A DNA stretch of 64,000 bases from Chrysomallon squamiferum (taxonomy: Eukaryota > Animalia > Mollusca). Both the position numbers and the translations under genes were made by a program. Below are positions 1-18,300 of the stretch, piece by piece. The number at the start of each line of letters is the position of its first letter. The first letter of the stretch is position 1. The notes under the pieces were generated by a model. That model had not been told where the DNA came from, ran no database searches, and worked only from the letters and a program-made list of their open reading frames with translations. The stretch covers positions 5,828,001 to 5,892,000 of the forward strand of contig CM022668.1 of NCBI GenBank assembly GCA_012295275.1. The letters run 5' to 3'.

Positions 1-2
1 TC

Positions 3-3782
<3,780 letters not shown>

Positions 3783-3787
3783 TGGAA

Positions 3788-3940
3788 CAAGCTGTCTCCC
3801 CTAGAGAAACAGGTTGCTTCCCCTTGACGGAAGCAGGTTATTTAACTTTAAGGGAACTCGTTGTCTCTCCCAAGGGGGAAAGTTGTCTTCATTAAGGAAA
3901 CTAGTTGTCTCCTCTGAACGGAAGCAAGTTGTCTCCCTTG
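3788..3940 (+). repeat. About 7 imperfect 20-24-bp tandem units (consensus about CAAGTTGTCTCCCYT..GGAA) immediately after the WD40 stop codon
   Basis: Recurrent units: caagctgtctcccct, caggttgcttcccctt, cgttgtctctccc, agttgtcttc, tagttgtctcctct, caagttgtctccctt. Confidence 0.6.
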
Positions 3941-4209
3941 GTTGAATAAAGCCGCTTGGACATTATTTTGCGTAAACGTAGTACTAAATTTATGTTTATG
4001 ATATGTGCAATTAATTTATTAACACAAATGTTACTGCTTTTTTCTGTGTTTTTTTTTTTTATTTTTTATTTTTTTTTAATTTTTTTTGTACAAGGTGTAT
4101 TTAATTATGGATTCATATTAAAATACAAAATAACTCATTTTCGGGGGTTTTAATATACTATACGTTCTATGTATATATAACAATTATTTGTTGAATGAAT
4201 GATACATTG

Positions 4210-4266
<57 letters not shown>

Positions 4267-4516
4267 GAAGCTACTGAAAATATATAAAATTTAAAAATTT
4301 AAAAGTAGTAAATAAAAAAGAATAATAGGAGTTTATCATTCATATCTTAATTATTGTTTTATTTTTTATTTTCTGTTATCTGTTAGAAGATTTCTAAGGG
4401 AAAAAGATAAAATGAAAAGTGTAAAATGAAAAATTCTAAATGGGAAGTAACTCTTGAGAGTACAGAAACTTACTAACAAAGTTTCCCAAAAGGTATAAAG
4501 TATTATTATTATTATA

Positions 4517-4564
<48 letters not shown>

Positions 4565-6615
4565 ATTATTAGAAAACAGCGAATTAATATACACATATCT
4601 TCTTTCAAATATATAATTAATGAAGATCTTGGAATTGATAACAGATAGGAAAATGAGAATATTAATTACCTATACTAAACATTAAGCTGGTTTTTGCACA
4701 AAAGAAAATAAAAATACTCACAGTTGAATTAGATTATGTCTATTTTCACAGTTGATGTTGAAAATATTATTTATCTTTTATGATAAATAGATAATTAAAT
4801 ATATATATATATATATTTATATCTATATATATTAGAGAATAATAGAAATGTTAATTATTTTAAGTAAAATGACATTGTTTATTTTATGAAATAAACAAAC
4901 TTTAAAAGCTCATTCTCCAAAAAAAATAAAAAATAATACATATTTTTTTCAATGAAACATTAATAAATCGAAGATTTATTTATTTGTATAACATGCTTAA
5001 TTAATTTTTATTATGCATAATAATATATTTTAGTTTATAGAACAAATTGACCAATCAGTAACGATCTTTTTGTTATGTGCGTGACTACAGGAAGTCGTTT
5101 ATGAATCTCAAACATGCTCTCGCAATGCATGATGGTCTATTCCGCGGGAAAATATTGTTTTCTTCGCTGTTGTGTTTCGTGATATACTTATGTATAGTTA
5201 TGGTGCTATTATTATTATAAACGTTTTTTTTTTTTGTTTGTTTAAATGGTAAGACTTCTTTTTGTGTCCTTGTTTTTACGTCATCATCATCATTGACGAT
5301 AATTCATTTAGAACCATCATTGTTACCGCACCTTGCACATCAACAGCGTCATCGTTAGAAACCGAACAGATCTGTGAGTTTGTTATTTTGAGAACTGAGC
5401 ACAGTTTAGTGGCAGGAAACATCATTTTAATGCTATGAAAACATCTTTAATTCTTATTTATTTATTTATTTATTTATTTACTTACTTAATTTAAACCATC
5501 AAATGGTAAATAATAATGAAAAAAAAAATGAAAAAAAAAAAAAGAAAAGAAAAAAAAAAACAATACAAGCTATCACTGGGGATTGAACCTACCACCTTTA
5601 AATCAAAGTCCCCGTCTTTTTTTTTAGCGTGATCTGAGTTTAATAGCAGCTGTCAGTTAGAAAATTATACCTGCTGTCATTTACGTGAAAATCATGTGCA
5701 ATAAAAATAAGGACAAACTGAACCAATGGTGCTTTAATATCAGTGATGTTTCACGGAACAAAACGAAGTCTAACTCGTTATTAACCACTCGTACACTTTG
5801 CCAATAATAGTTCGCTAGTTATTATTAAACTGTATTTAGTACACGATATGAATAGAGTTAGTGAGGCTGTCGGCTACGTCATCGATAATGTTGTATTACG
5901 TCATAATGAGTTTTACGTCATCACTGATGTATTTTGTTAAATATGATTCTACTGGGTGTTAGATTTTGAAAACTGACATAAAAAGACATTGGTAATTGTT
6001 TTTATTTTATAATTTATTTATTTCTTAAATTTGATTACGTCATAAATAATATTGTTTTATTTATTTTATTATTTTATTTAAATTATTTTATCCAGTCATT
6101 TTTCAGTTTATTTTTTTAATTATATAATATTAATTTGCTTTCATCGTAATGTTCAGACGAAGAAAAAAAAAAATATTATTCTTGAAAAAAGACTAATGTA
6201 TACTTCTTTCAAAAATCAATTTTTCTTTCTTGACTTTGATAATGTTCAGTTTTTCTTTATAAAAAGATGGATTACATAAAGCATGGATCAGCAATCACTT
6301 GAAAGGTAATTTGAAATTATTATGACAAGGCCAGTAACAATACACATTTTAATACCTTTATTAATTAATAGTTATAAAATAACGTTATTTTGTATTAGAT
6401 AATAGTTACGGTATAATCTCTTTAATATATTTTCTTTTTCTTTTTTTTTTTTTTTTTTTTTTAAAATTACGTCATGACCCCTTTAATTTGTTTCTGTAAT
6501 TGTTACTATATAACTGCTTTAATATTATTTATTTTGTAATCGTTGCCGTATGGACCTCTAATTCAGTCTTGAAATATTTATTTATTTACTTATTTATTTA
6601 TTTATTTTGTTTTAC

Positions 6616-6649
<34 letters not shown>

Positions 6650-6963
6650 GTTATTATTATTATTATTATTATTACTATTATTATCATCATCATTTATTGA
6701 TTTATTGATTTATTGATTTATTTATATATTTATTATATTTTATTTTATTTTATATCAAACCTTTGACTTGTCTGACTCAGTGTGTGGTGTAAAGGGATAT
6801 ATGTTTCACGTCTTCCACTGTATACCTACATTTTATTTACATATTTATGTACCGTCTGTATAGATATTTTGTATAAATAAAGTACATGGCTTGTTTGTAT
6901 TAACACGAGGATTTTGTTATTTCTGTATCATATTAATTCTCAAGTTCTTGCGATTTTAAAACA

Positions 6964-6999
<36 letters not shown>

Positions 7000-7078
7000 A
7001 TTTTGATTGATAGATTGAGTTTATTTTATTATAAATATTCTTCTTTTCTTCATATTATTATTATTATTATTGTTATTG

Positions 7079-7143
<65 letters not shown>

Positions 7144-7561
7144 AATGTTGTTGTTGTTGTTGTCGTTGTTGTCGTCGTAAGTATTATTTATTGGAAGTCA
7201 GAACAGTTGCTAAACCGTGACGCATTGTATGACAGTTTTTTTCATTGTGTCTGACTGTCTGTCTGTCTGTCTGTTTTATACTATCCTAATATTTTCACAC
7301 TTTGAAAAACTTTTCTTGTCCTGAAACAAAAATATTCTCACACTGTATGAACCGATTGTTCATATTAACATTTAATATAATTGTTATTCAGTTCGTTATG
7401 TTTATAATACATGTTGCTTATTTTCTAATTATTTATTTCAAATGTATTTTATAATTTTATTTTATATTTCTATCGCTTTCTTTCAGGTTTTTTTTTTTTT
7501 TATGTAGTTCTTTCCCTGTATATGGAAACACACAGTCAAACAAATTATAATCTAAAGTTAA

Positions 7562-7646
<85 letters not shown>

Positions 7647-8683
7647 GTAATAGTAATAGTAATAAGAATAAGAATAAGAATATAAATCATAATGAAGAAG
7701 AATAAGAAGAAAAATAATAAGAATTACTAGCAATAAAAACACTAACAATAAAATACTAACAACAGCAACTACAACAACAGCAAAAACGATGATGATGATG
7801 CAAATAATACAATCCCACTCCTTAAATTATTCGGAACCTCTTTTGTACTTTCTGTCGAAATGAAAGAAACCGACATGATTTAAACAGAAACTGTAAAAAT
7901 ATCTATTCAAAGTCCTCAACGGGATTGTTATAAATTGGTTCCAATTATTTTAAACAGCTCTTTCCTGTAACGACCGGCTCATCACAGAAATTATCTTGAG
8001 TCGTAACCAATACTCGGGCAAGAACCTCAACACAAAACATCAAAGACATTTCAACTTTTACCACCGCCCATTTTTAAAAATAATAAAAACAGGGTTTTTT
8101 TTATCTTTAACCCTCCATTCACCGATATTACTGAAAAGAACTTCATCATTATCATCCTGGAAAGCAAAAGGGGAAAAAAAAAAAAAAAAAAAAAATGAAC
8201 TGCAATAAAATTTAAAAAACGACACGAGAGAATACTCGTGTTTTATTTTATTTGTCGTCAAAGCGGACGTCCCCTCCGGCGACGTTCGTCGCTGTCGTTG
8301 AAGGCGAGACAACGTTATGTGAATTCTCTGTTAGACTCACACCTGCCCTTTGTGCGAAGAACAATGCTTGTAATTCATATAATTAGCCAGCTTTAATCGT
8401 GCTTCGTGAAACGTCCGTGGCTGTCATTAACTCGTCAAGATTCGTCGATGGGTTTTAGCCGAGCTCGAGCGACACAAAGCTTAACCACTAGGTACACAGG
8501 CAAACCGTTCGTTTGAAGCTTGTGTGTCGCTTCAAATCAAGTCTGCATGATAACTCTATCGGCCCGGGCTTGTCTGTGGTTGTTGGAGTATGGTTGTTAT
8601 TACCACCCGGATAAAAAAAATTAAAATAACAAAAAAACTGCCGAAGGTTATGAGCGATGAGAAAAACGAAAAGATGAGGGAGG

Positions 8684-8786
<103 letters not shown>

Positions 8787-9117
8787 GGAGGAAACAAGAA
8801 AGCATATGCACATACTGATATAGAAATATACGGATAATATACAGACATGCATACAAGTCTGAATACGAAAAATAGTGATTTAATATTATTATTATTATTA
8901 TTATTATTATGTTTCATTTAGACATGACTTCAAAGTAATAAACATACACACACAAAAAGATAAAAATAAGCAATAACAATAAATAATAATAATATTAATA
9001 CTACCAATAAATAAATTAATAAATTAATAAATAATAAATAAAATAAAATAAAATATGCATAAGCAATAAATAAATACAACTATAATAACAAACAACAACA
9101 ACAACAACAACAACAAC

Positions 9118-9160
<43 letters not shown>

Positions 9161-11316
9161 TATAACTTATATATAGCCGATATCAGTAAGTAACAGTTGT
9201 TATTACGAAGAAGAATACCACTGACTTTTATGTTCAAAACCATTAAAGGAACGAACACTATGACGTCATAAACAAACGACGTAACGCAGATTACTCTTGG
9301 ACGTTGAAACATACCTAACATAATCGTTTGTTTATTAATTGTTTTATGTTAAAGTTTGTGGAATTCTACGTCGTTTTCTGTAAGTTTGTAATTTTATGTT
9401 GTCTTTTCCCCTTTTTTTTTCTTGTTTTCTTTCTTTCTTTTTAACAGTTATAAAATATTTCGACATTACTTTTGCATAGATACTGAAAACGTCTTCCTTT
9501 ATTACTATTACTATTATTATTATTATTAAAACATAATGAAATTTTATTTCATTGCGTCTATCGAAAATATTTCAACATTGAACTAGCGCAGCATTTATTA
9601 CGATTATTACTATTATTATTGTTGTTGTTGTTTTAAATTCATTTAGAATGACTATTCATTCTTTTCATTTTTCTTTTTTTTTTCCTTTTTCTTTTTTTAC
9701 CATTGGTTTTGATGTTTATTGCAAATTCACGTATCTTGCGAAAATGTATTTTGTTTTATTTTATTTTACTTTATTTTATTTATTCATTTACTCGTTCGTT
9801 CATTCAGTCGTTCTTTCAGTCATTTATTTATTTATTTATTTTATCCTTTTCTTCACGCTCCATTTCCTTTTTTTGTTATTTATTTATTTGTTGTTTCCTA
9901 TTTACAAATGTATCGAAGACTTTTGTTTCTAGAACGATTAATAGCTACTGCTTGATTGATTGAATCATTATTTGTTCTGCAGTTGGAATTTCCTTCCTAA
10001 AATGAAATATTATTGTATTTGTCTTTTCGTAGAAATTATTTGAAAATTTTCTTCAGTCATATTATCACATCCCATAACTAAAAATTAAAATTAAAATTAA
10101 AATAAAATAAATAAAAAAAAAAAAAAAATAAAATAAATAAATAAATATATAAATATATAAATAAATAATGGCTTTCATTAATTTGTTTGCTCTTGTAATT
10201 AACAATAATTTTTTTAATCTGAATACCTGCGAATCGTTACTTGAAAGCTTTGGCGCTTTTTTCTACTTCACCGAGGACATATAATAATATTATCTATTCT
10301 ATATTTGATCATGTATATGTTATATCCTGTGTAATGCATTGTCTGATTAGTGTACAATTAACAGATCCTAATTAAATTTGTACTGTTTAAAGCCACATGC
10401 AGACACACACACACACACACAGACAGAGAGATAGCTTAATCGATATATTTATGTATGTGAGATATGAGTGAGTATATAGATATTGTGTAATGGATATATG
10501 TATGTATGTGAATATATGGGTAATATATAGATCATGTGTGTATGAATGAATATAGGTAAGTGTATGCATATATACAGACAGACAGAAAGACAAAGAGAAA
10601 AATGGATATATATACTAATACATGGCTAAATATGTGAACGTAAATTCAAAAATATAAACTAATAAATAAAAATGAACAAAAACGAAACAATTTGTCATAT
10701 AGTTTATATAAATCAACGAACGTCACAAACAATATCATTTTCAACACAGTAACAGACGCTCCGCTGAACAAACAGTTACATTTAGTCATTTGATAACATC
10801 CTTGCTTTTTTTAGCCTTTTCCATTTTTACACGTATAAAGTATTTACACCTGGTACACCGCTATTAGTACCATAGAGAAATATTCCTTCTTGGTCCAACA
10901 CTTTACGTTCAATCTTCAAATATTCATGAATGGAACAATGTGTTTGGTCCGATTCAAAATATTACACTAGATAATAGTGTGATATGACCCGTCACAAGTG
11001 ATATAAGTTGGTTAGTCCCATTTCGAAATATTCACTTTTGGTACCGTATGATTCGTCCCATGTTAAAATATTAGACAAATAAAATTGTTCAGTTCATCAT
11101 TGTATAGTGACAGATTGGTAATTCAGATAGAGTATTCTAAAACGTATATTTAATCAATATATTCCAATAATTGTATTGTTGTCCAGTGATATAAATGATA
11201 TTTTCTTTCAGTTAAAATAAGTATTAAATTTTAAAGTTTAAATATCGTAATTTTTTTTCCACGAATTTTAATTATTGTCAATGATTTTGTGTGTAATAAT
11301 AATAATAATAATAATC

Positions 11317-11374
<58 letters not shown>

Positions 11375-11512
11375 TAATAATAATAATAATAATAACATTT
11401 GATAATATAAACAAAATGAAATAACAAACAATTTAATTTAGTGTTTGATATTTTTTAAAATAAAAAAAGAAAAGAAAAAGCAAAAAAAAAAAGCATAACA
11501 TTTATGACATTG

Positions 11513-13959
11513 TTAGTGCAAGCGTTTCCCGCCTTCAACGTCTACACTGATTGGTAGAGGCGTTTGTGACGTCATAATGGAGTCCTGGACCGGATTCCCA
11601 TTGCTCGAATCGTGCGCGTTTTCGGAATCACTCCCCTCCTCTCCCTCCTTCCCTTCGCTGTGAGTTTTCACGTGCTTCGCTAGGTGGTCACTGCGCATGA
11701 ATCTCTTGTTGCACACGGGGCAGGCGAACCGTTTTTCTCCCGTGTGCGTGCGCAGGTGACGCTGTAGTTCGTCGGAGCGAGTGAAGCGTTTCCCACAGAA
11801 CAACCAGTTACAGACGAACGGACGCTCGCCCGTGTGCCATCTCAGATGCGCTTTCAGATGTGACGTCTTGTTGTACACCTTCCCACATCCGGGGATGTGG
11901 CAGCTGTGAATGTTCCGCTTCCGCAAGTGTTCGCCCGCGGGACCCAGTCTGTCGGCTTCCTGGCAGTTCGGGCAGTCGCAGTTGGATCTTCCGGTGTAGC
12001 GGCGCTGCCCTCTGGCGGACGAGAGATTCGACAGGCCGGACCGCGCGTAAAACGAACTCACCCCCGTCGCTCCCAGCTCCGTCTGCGTCGACAGCATCGA
12101 CTTGTACGTGCTGTACGTGTCCTGCAGAATCTGCTGACTGGACGAAAAGAGCGCGTTGGCCGGGTTCGAGGTCAGCGCGTGCGTCAGAGTGTATTCCGCC
12201 GCGGGGTAAGTGGTCCCGATCTGCGTCCTCAGAGCCGCTCCGGCCGTCGCCCCGGCAACGTCCGGGATCCAGTTGCCGGAATTCGGGTGAACGTCCCACC
12301 AGGCGGAGGCGGCCCCGTTCACGCCTCCGGCCACGTCAGCAGCTTTGAGCGAGTGCGCCGTGGCGGCGTGGGCGCCGGCGATGTTGAACGGCCACGACTC
12401 GTACGGGTGACTGGCCAGCGTGTGCATCCGCGAATACATCGTGCCCAGACTCGCCTCGCGCAGAACGTCGTCGCCGTGCACTTTGTGCGACAACGACGAC
12501 GGCGCTGACTCGGTCTGCACGTACGGCACCGTGCCCGTCGACGTGTAGAACTGGCCGTCGCCGTACGACGTGGTCGGAGACGACGTGGTGTGCACTCCTC
12601 GGTGGTGGTTGGCGTAGTGACCGGCGGACGTGGTGGAAGCCGCCGACAGCGGGCCGGACTTCTGCGACGACATTACGGAGACGGTGCCTGCGGGGACGCC
12701 ACTGATGTCGGACTTCCTCCACGGGTGGAATCCTTTGGTGAGGGGGTTCTCCGGGAAGGGGGGCGGGCTGCGGTTGTTGATCTTGTTACACTGAGCTGCC
12801 AGCATCGCCAGCGGAGTTCCACACAGAGGATGAGATTCCTGAAAACAACAACAACACATCAGTGAGGATGAGATTCCTGAAAAACACAACAACAACAACA
12901 CAGTGAGGATGAGATTCCTGAAAAACACAACAACAACAACACAGTGAGGATGAGATTCCTGAAAAACACAACAACAACACAGTGAGGATGAGATTCCTGA
13001 AAAACACAACAACAACAACACAGATGGATGAAAACACAACAACAACACAGTGGGATGGATTCCTGGAAAAACACAACAACAACAACACAGGATGGACGAG
13101 ATGAGATGCCTGAAAAACACAACAACACAGTGAGGATGAGATTCCTGAAAAACACAACAGCAACACACTGAATGGATGGATGAATGGATGGATGGATGGA
13201 CGGATGGATGAATGAATGAATGAATGAATAGATGGATGAATAGATGGATGGACGGTTGGTTGGATGAATGGACAGACGGATAGATGGATGGATGGATGAA
13301 TGAATGAATGAATGAATGAATGGATGGATGAATGAATTAATGAGTGAATAAAAGAATAAAATAACCAATGAATGAATGAATGGCTGGATGGCTGGATGAA
13401 TGAATGAATGAGTGAGTGAATGGATGAATGGATGGAAGGTTGGAAAATTAATAAATGATGATAGATGAATGAATGAATGAGTAAATGAATGGATGGATGG
13501 ATGGATGGATGAATGAACGAATGAATGAATGAGTGAATGGATGAATGAACAAATGGATGAATAAATGAATGAATGGATGAATGGACGGAAGGATGGAAAA
13601 TTAATAAATGATGATAGATGAATGAATGAATGAGTGATACAAACTGCTAAAATATTTCCCTCACCATCACATATTTTCCAAATACTGAGAAATAAATAAA
13701 CAATCAGTTAACAAACTAACAAACTAACTAACTAACTAACTAAGTAAATAAATAAATATTTCAAGACTAAATTAAAGGTTCATAAGGCAACGATTACAAA
13801 ATAAAAAAAATATTAAAGTAGATATATGGCAACAATTAAGAAACAAATTAAAAAGGTCATAACGTACGTAGCAAAGGATTGTGTCTATGTATTTCTCTGT
13901 GTTTATATGCATATATGTTTTCATGTATGTATGTATGTATGTATGTGCGTATGTGTGCC

Positions 13960-14008
<49 letters not shown>

Positions 14009-14878
14009 GTTTTCGTGTGTGGGGGGTGTATCCGAGGGTCATATTCACATATACATATAAGCTAGCTTTCTTGTGAAATTCAAAACCAAGCGAATGAATA
14101 AAAATATTAACAGAATTTATGCACATGTACATAATTTAATAAAACAGTTAAAATATAAAATCAAAGTAAACAGATACATGACAAAGACAATGGATTATAA
14201 AAGACTTCCTAAAGAACGATTTGATAAGAAAAGCAAAATGAGAGATATAAAGAAAAATGAAAGAACAAAATAAAAATAAAAAATAAAAAATAAAAATAAT
14301 TTAAAAAAAAAGTTATAGGTGGAAAATAATTAACGAATAAGAATCAACAGAGAAAAATTCCGGTGTCGCTATTATCAACAGATATTTACAAATTATTAAT
14401 CTCAAAATCGTAATACATTCTGACAGAAACGTTTGTTCTCAAACTTAGGAAATGCAAATAGCAAACAATCTTAGCCACATCGCATCCTCAGTTCTGTATG
14501 TTTTTACTTTCAAAAACTACGTCAATTATAGATATTAACCCTCAATTTTATATTAATCTACAGAATTATCTCCCTTGCTGAATCGTGTTTGTAACTCGAG
14601 ACTATGAATGGGGATCAGATGACGCGGTCCCGGGAAAAGTCGTCCATCAATGAATCGTCCACGTTTTGTGTCATTTTAATGTCGTTAAACCGTCACAATA
14701 AAAATATTTTTAATGGCCATAAATCAGATCGCCGGAGAAATTTCCACAATCGTATCTCGCAGAATCTTTCCGCTTTTATATTCGAGATTAATTTAACGGT
14801 CAAAGTCGAGTTTTAGAAGTCGTTACATTTGTAAAAGAGATAGGTCGTCTGATACATAGCGTATTTAGAGTGTCATAA

Positions 14879-14975
<97 letters not shown>

Positions 14976-14978
14976 GCT

Positions 14979-15042
<64 letters not shown>

Positions 15043-15152
15043 CTCGCTCAATCTCTCTCTCTCTCTATCTTTCTCTCTCTCTCTATCTCTCGCTCAATCT
15101 CTCTCTTTCTCTCTCTATCTCTCGCTCAATCTCTCTTTCTCTATCTCTCGCT

Positions 15153-15222
<70 letters not shown>

Positions 15223-15617
15223 TGTCTGTCTTTCTCTCTATCGTCTATAAATCAATAAAACGAATAAATATATATATAAACTAAAATCAAAATTACTAAA
15301 TATGAAAGCTAGTAATAAAAAATTTCAAATTCAACGATGGAACACAAAGCTTTTCTCAAAAAGATATAAAATGGTCAAAGCCAAAGGTTTTTGGTGATAA
15401 ACATCTTAAGTTTTCATCCTTGGATTTTCCGATTGACGTTATCAATATTTGATACACATGATAAATGTGTAAACAGCCTTAGTAATTCAGCCCCTTTACA
15501 ATATGGACATTATTCTTGTTTGTAATAGGTACTTATGAACAGACAAAACAAAATACAACATTATTTATTTTAGATCAGTTCAACTTGATTCACAATAGAT
15601 AACCGAGATATTTAAGC

Positions 15618-15700
<83 letters not shown>

Positions 15701-16692
15701 ACGTATATAATATCAACAAAAATTTAAATACTTCTATAATATTATTACACTTGTTAAACAAAGCTATTGCCAGATTTTAACTATATAAATAACAAAGAAG
15801 TGAAGTAAAAATAAAAAAATAAGAAAAAAATAAGATATTTAACGTAGGAATATCAAATTAGCAATTAAAACATTACATAGAAAGCAATTTTAAAAAAACA
15901 AATGATTAAGGCAAGATATTTCAGAAAATTATAGTAAAAATAATAACTATAAACAAATAAACAATAAGCGGTGACTGACAGAACCAAGGAAATCCTGAAT
16001 TTCAAACTGAACGAATGACAGTATTTTACAGCTTGAACTGATAATATTTTTATAACTGATACTATATTTTCTTGGCATGTTATAAATCACAGTTTAAAGC
16101 AGAACATTTAGTGATACAAAAAGTGAGAAAGAAGGCAGGTGAAATAAAATATTCTGATTTAACCGTTTCTAATTATATATATATATTTATAAAATAAAAT
16201 CATAGATAAAGAAAATCTGAAAACAAAATGTCTGTGAGTCTGTACATAGGTGAATATGTAAGTAGGTAGCAGATGGATTGATAGAGGGAGAGCTAGAGAG
16301 ACAGACAAACAGACAGACAGACAGAAAGATATTATACAGACAAACAGAGAGAGAAATAAAGAGATAGATACAAGCCATATCTCTAATGTATAAGACTTAA
16401 ATTAAAGAAATATTAAATATAACAATGAAATAATTACATCAGTATAAATAATACAAGTGTATTACTACAAGCTGCATTAATAAAATCAGATTATTAACTC
16501 AAAATTAATACCACACACCCGGTCCTAATTATCCAGGCCCAAGAGATATTCAAAAAACATGAATGTATTTGTTCACACCTTTTACAATTAGCCGAGCGGA
16601 ACATTTTATGAATGAAATAATTTAAACATATTTTCTCATTGTTATTTTTCTCTTTGTAAAACATGAAACAACAAATACCGCATCGAAAAATG

Positions 16693-16733
<41 letters not shown>

Positions 16734-16981
16734 AACGAAAAAAAAAAATTCTTTTCAGCTACGTATAACATTACGAAAATCAGCGAGGCTTGAAGACGAG
16801 GTTCTTTAATCCGATTTCGTTTCACAAAATACGATCCGACTTTTGACAAGTTCCCACACATACATGGCGGCCTAACCACCGCGGGAATCTTCCGTCGCCA
16901 TTATCTGACGAAAGACATTTATCATTACCGCGAAAAAATGTTTTAACAAGAAAATTATATCATCCATCTCGATACGGGTGA

Positions 16982-17012
<31 letters not shown>

Positions 17013-17197
17013 GTTAAATTCTTATGATGTTTGTGGACAAAAAAAATAGAAGAGAAAAAGAAAAAAGAAGAAGATTATTTGACTATTATGAAATTAAGCC
17101 TGTTAAAAAAAAAATACGTGTGTTAGAAAATAATTATTGTAATGATATGATTGGTGTTATTGTTGTTGTTATTATTATCAGTAGTAGTAGTAGTAGT

Positions 17198-17229
<32 letters not shown>

Positions 17230-17256
17230 TAGTAGTACTGTTGTTGATATTTTTAC

Positions 17257-17297
<41 letters not shown>

Positions 17298-17337
17298 ACT
17301 ATTACTATTACTGTTACTACTACCACTACTATTATTA

Positions 17338-17374
<37 letters not shown>

Positions 17375-18105
17375 TTCAACAACAACTACCACTATAAGTA
17401 ATATTCTTAATAAAATCATTATTACATTAGAATTACTATTTCTTCTATTAATACCATTTTTAGCCATACAATGTAAATAATAATAAGATAAAACTAAATA
17501 AAAGAATGAAAGGAGAAGAAGTAATAAAATAAAAAATAAATCATAAAATACAACAAAACAAAACAATGAAATCAAAATAGATATAATATACATTTATTTT
17601 ATTTTATTTGATTTTATTATTTGATTTTATTATAATAAAATGAAATAACAAAATAAAATAAAATAAAATAAAATAAAATAAAATAAAATAAAATAAAATA
17701 AAATGAAATAAAATAAAATAAAATAAAACGATATTAAATTAGGATTTTCAGAAATAAAAATGGTATCTTCTTGGAAATAATGTTTTTTAATACAACAGTT
17801 TAATTTAGTTTAATTTTTACTTTATGAAAACAGTTCTTGTAGTCCTCTTCGAATATACTGTAAATTTATATTAAAATTTCAAGCTAATGCCAGCTATAGG
17901 AAGATCTTTATTATTATTATTATTATTATTAGCTGCTGCTATTGTTGTTGTTGTTGTTGTTTTGTTTTCTACTTATTGGATTTTATTGAATTTTATTTTA
18001 AACTATTTTATTTCATACTAATATTAGATCTGTTTTAACGTCATTGATTTAATTTGTAGAATTTTGTTATTTTATTTTACATTAGTATAATATTTTATAT
18101 CATTT

Positions 18106-18136
<31 letters not shown>

Positions 18137-18235
18137 CTTTATATTATTTTATTAAGTAACAGTAACAGGAACAGGCTAAATAAAAAACAAAATCGATTCA
18201 TGAGATATGACAGCTATATTCATACACCTTATCTC

Positions 18236-18300
<65 letters not shown>

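Noticed and set aside
12839-13168. Cys/Val-rich N-terminal ~110 aa of the 551-aa ORF taken as the true Sp6-9 N-terminus
   Set aside because: It is translated minisatellite from a GTG start. The conserved start MATTIIG is in a separate exon at 18567-18547. Retained only as a possible alternative-acceptor insert.
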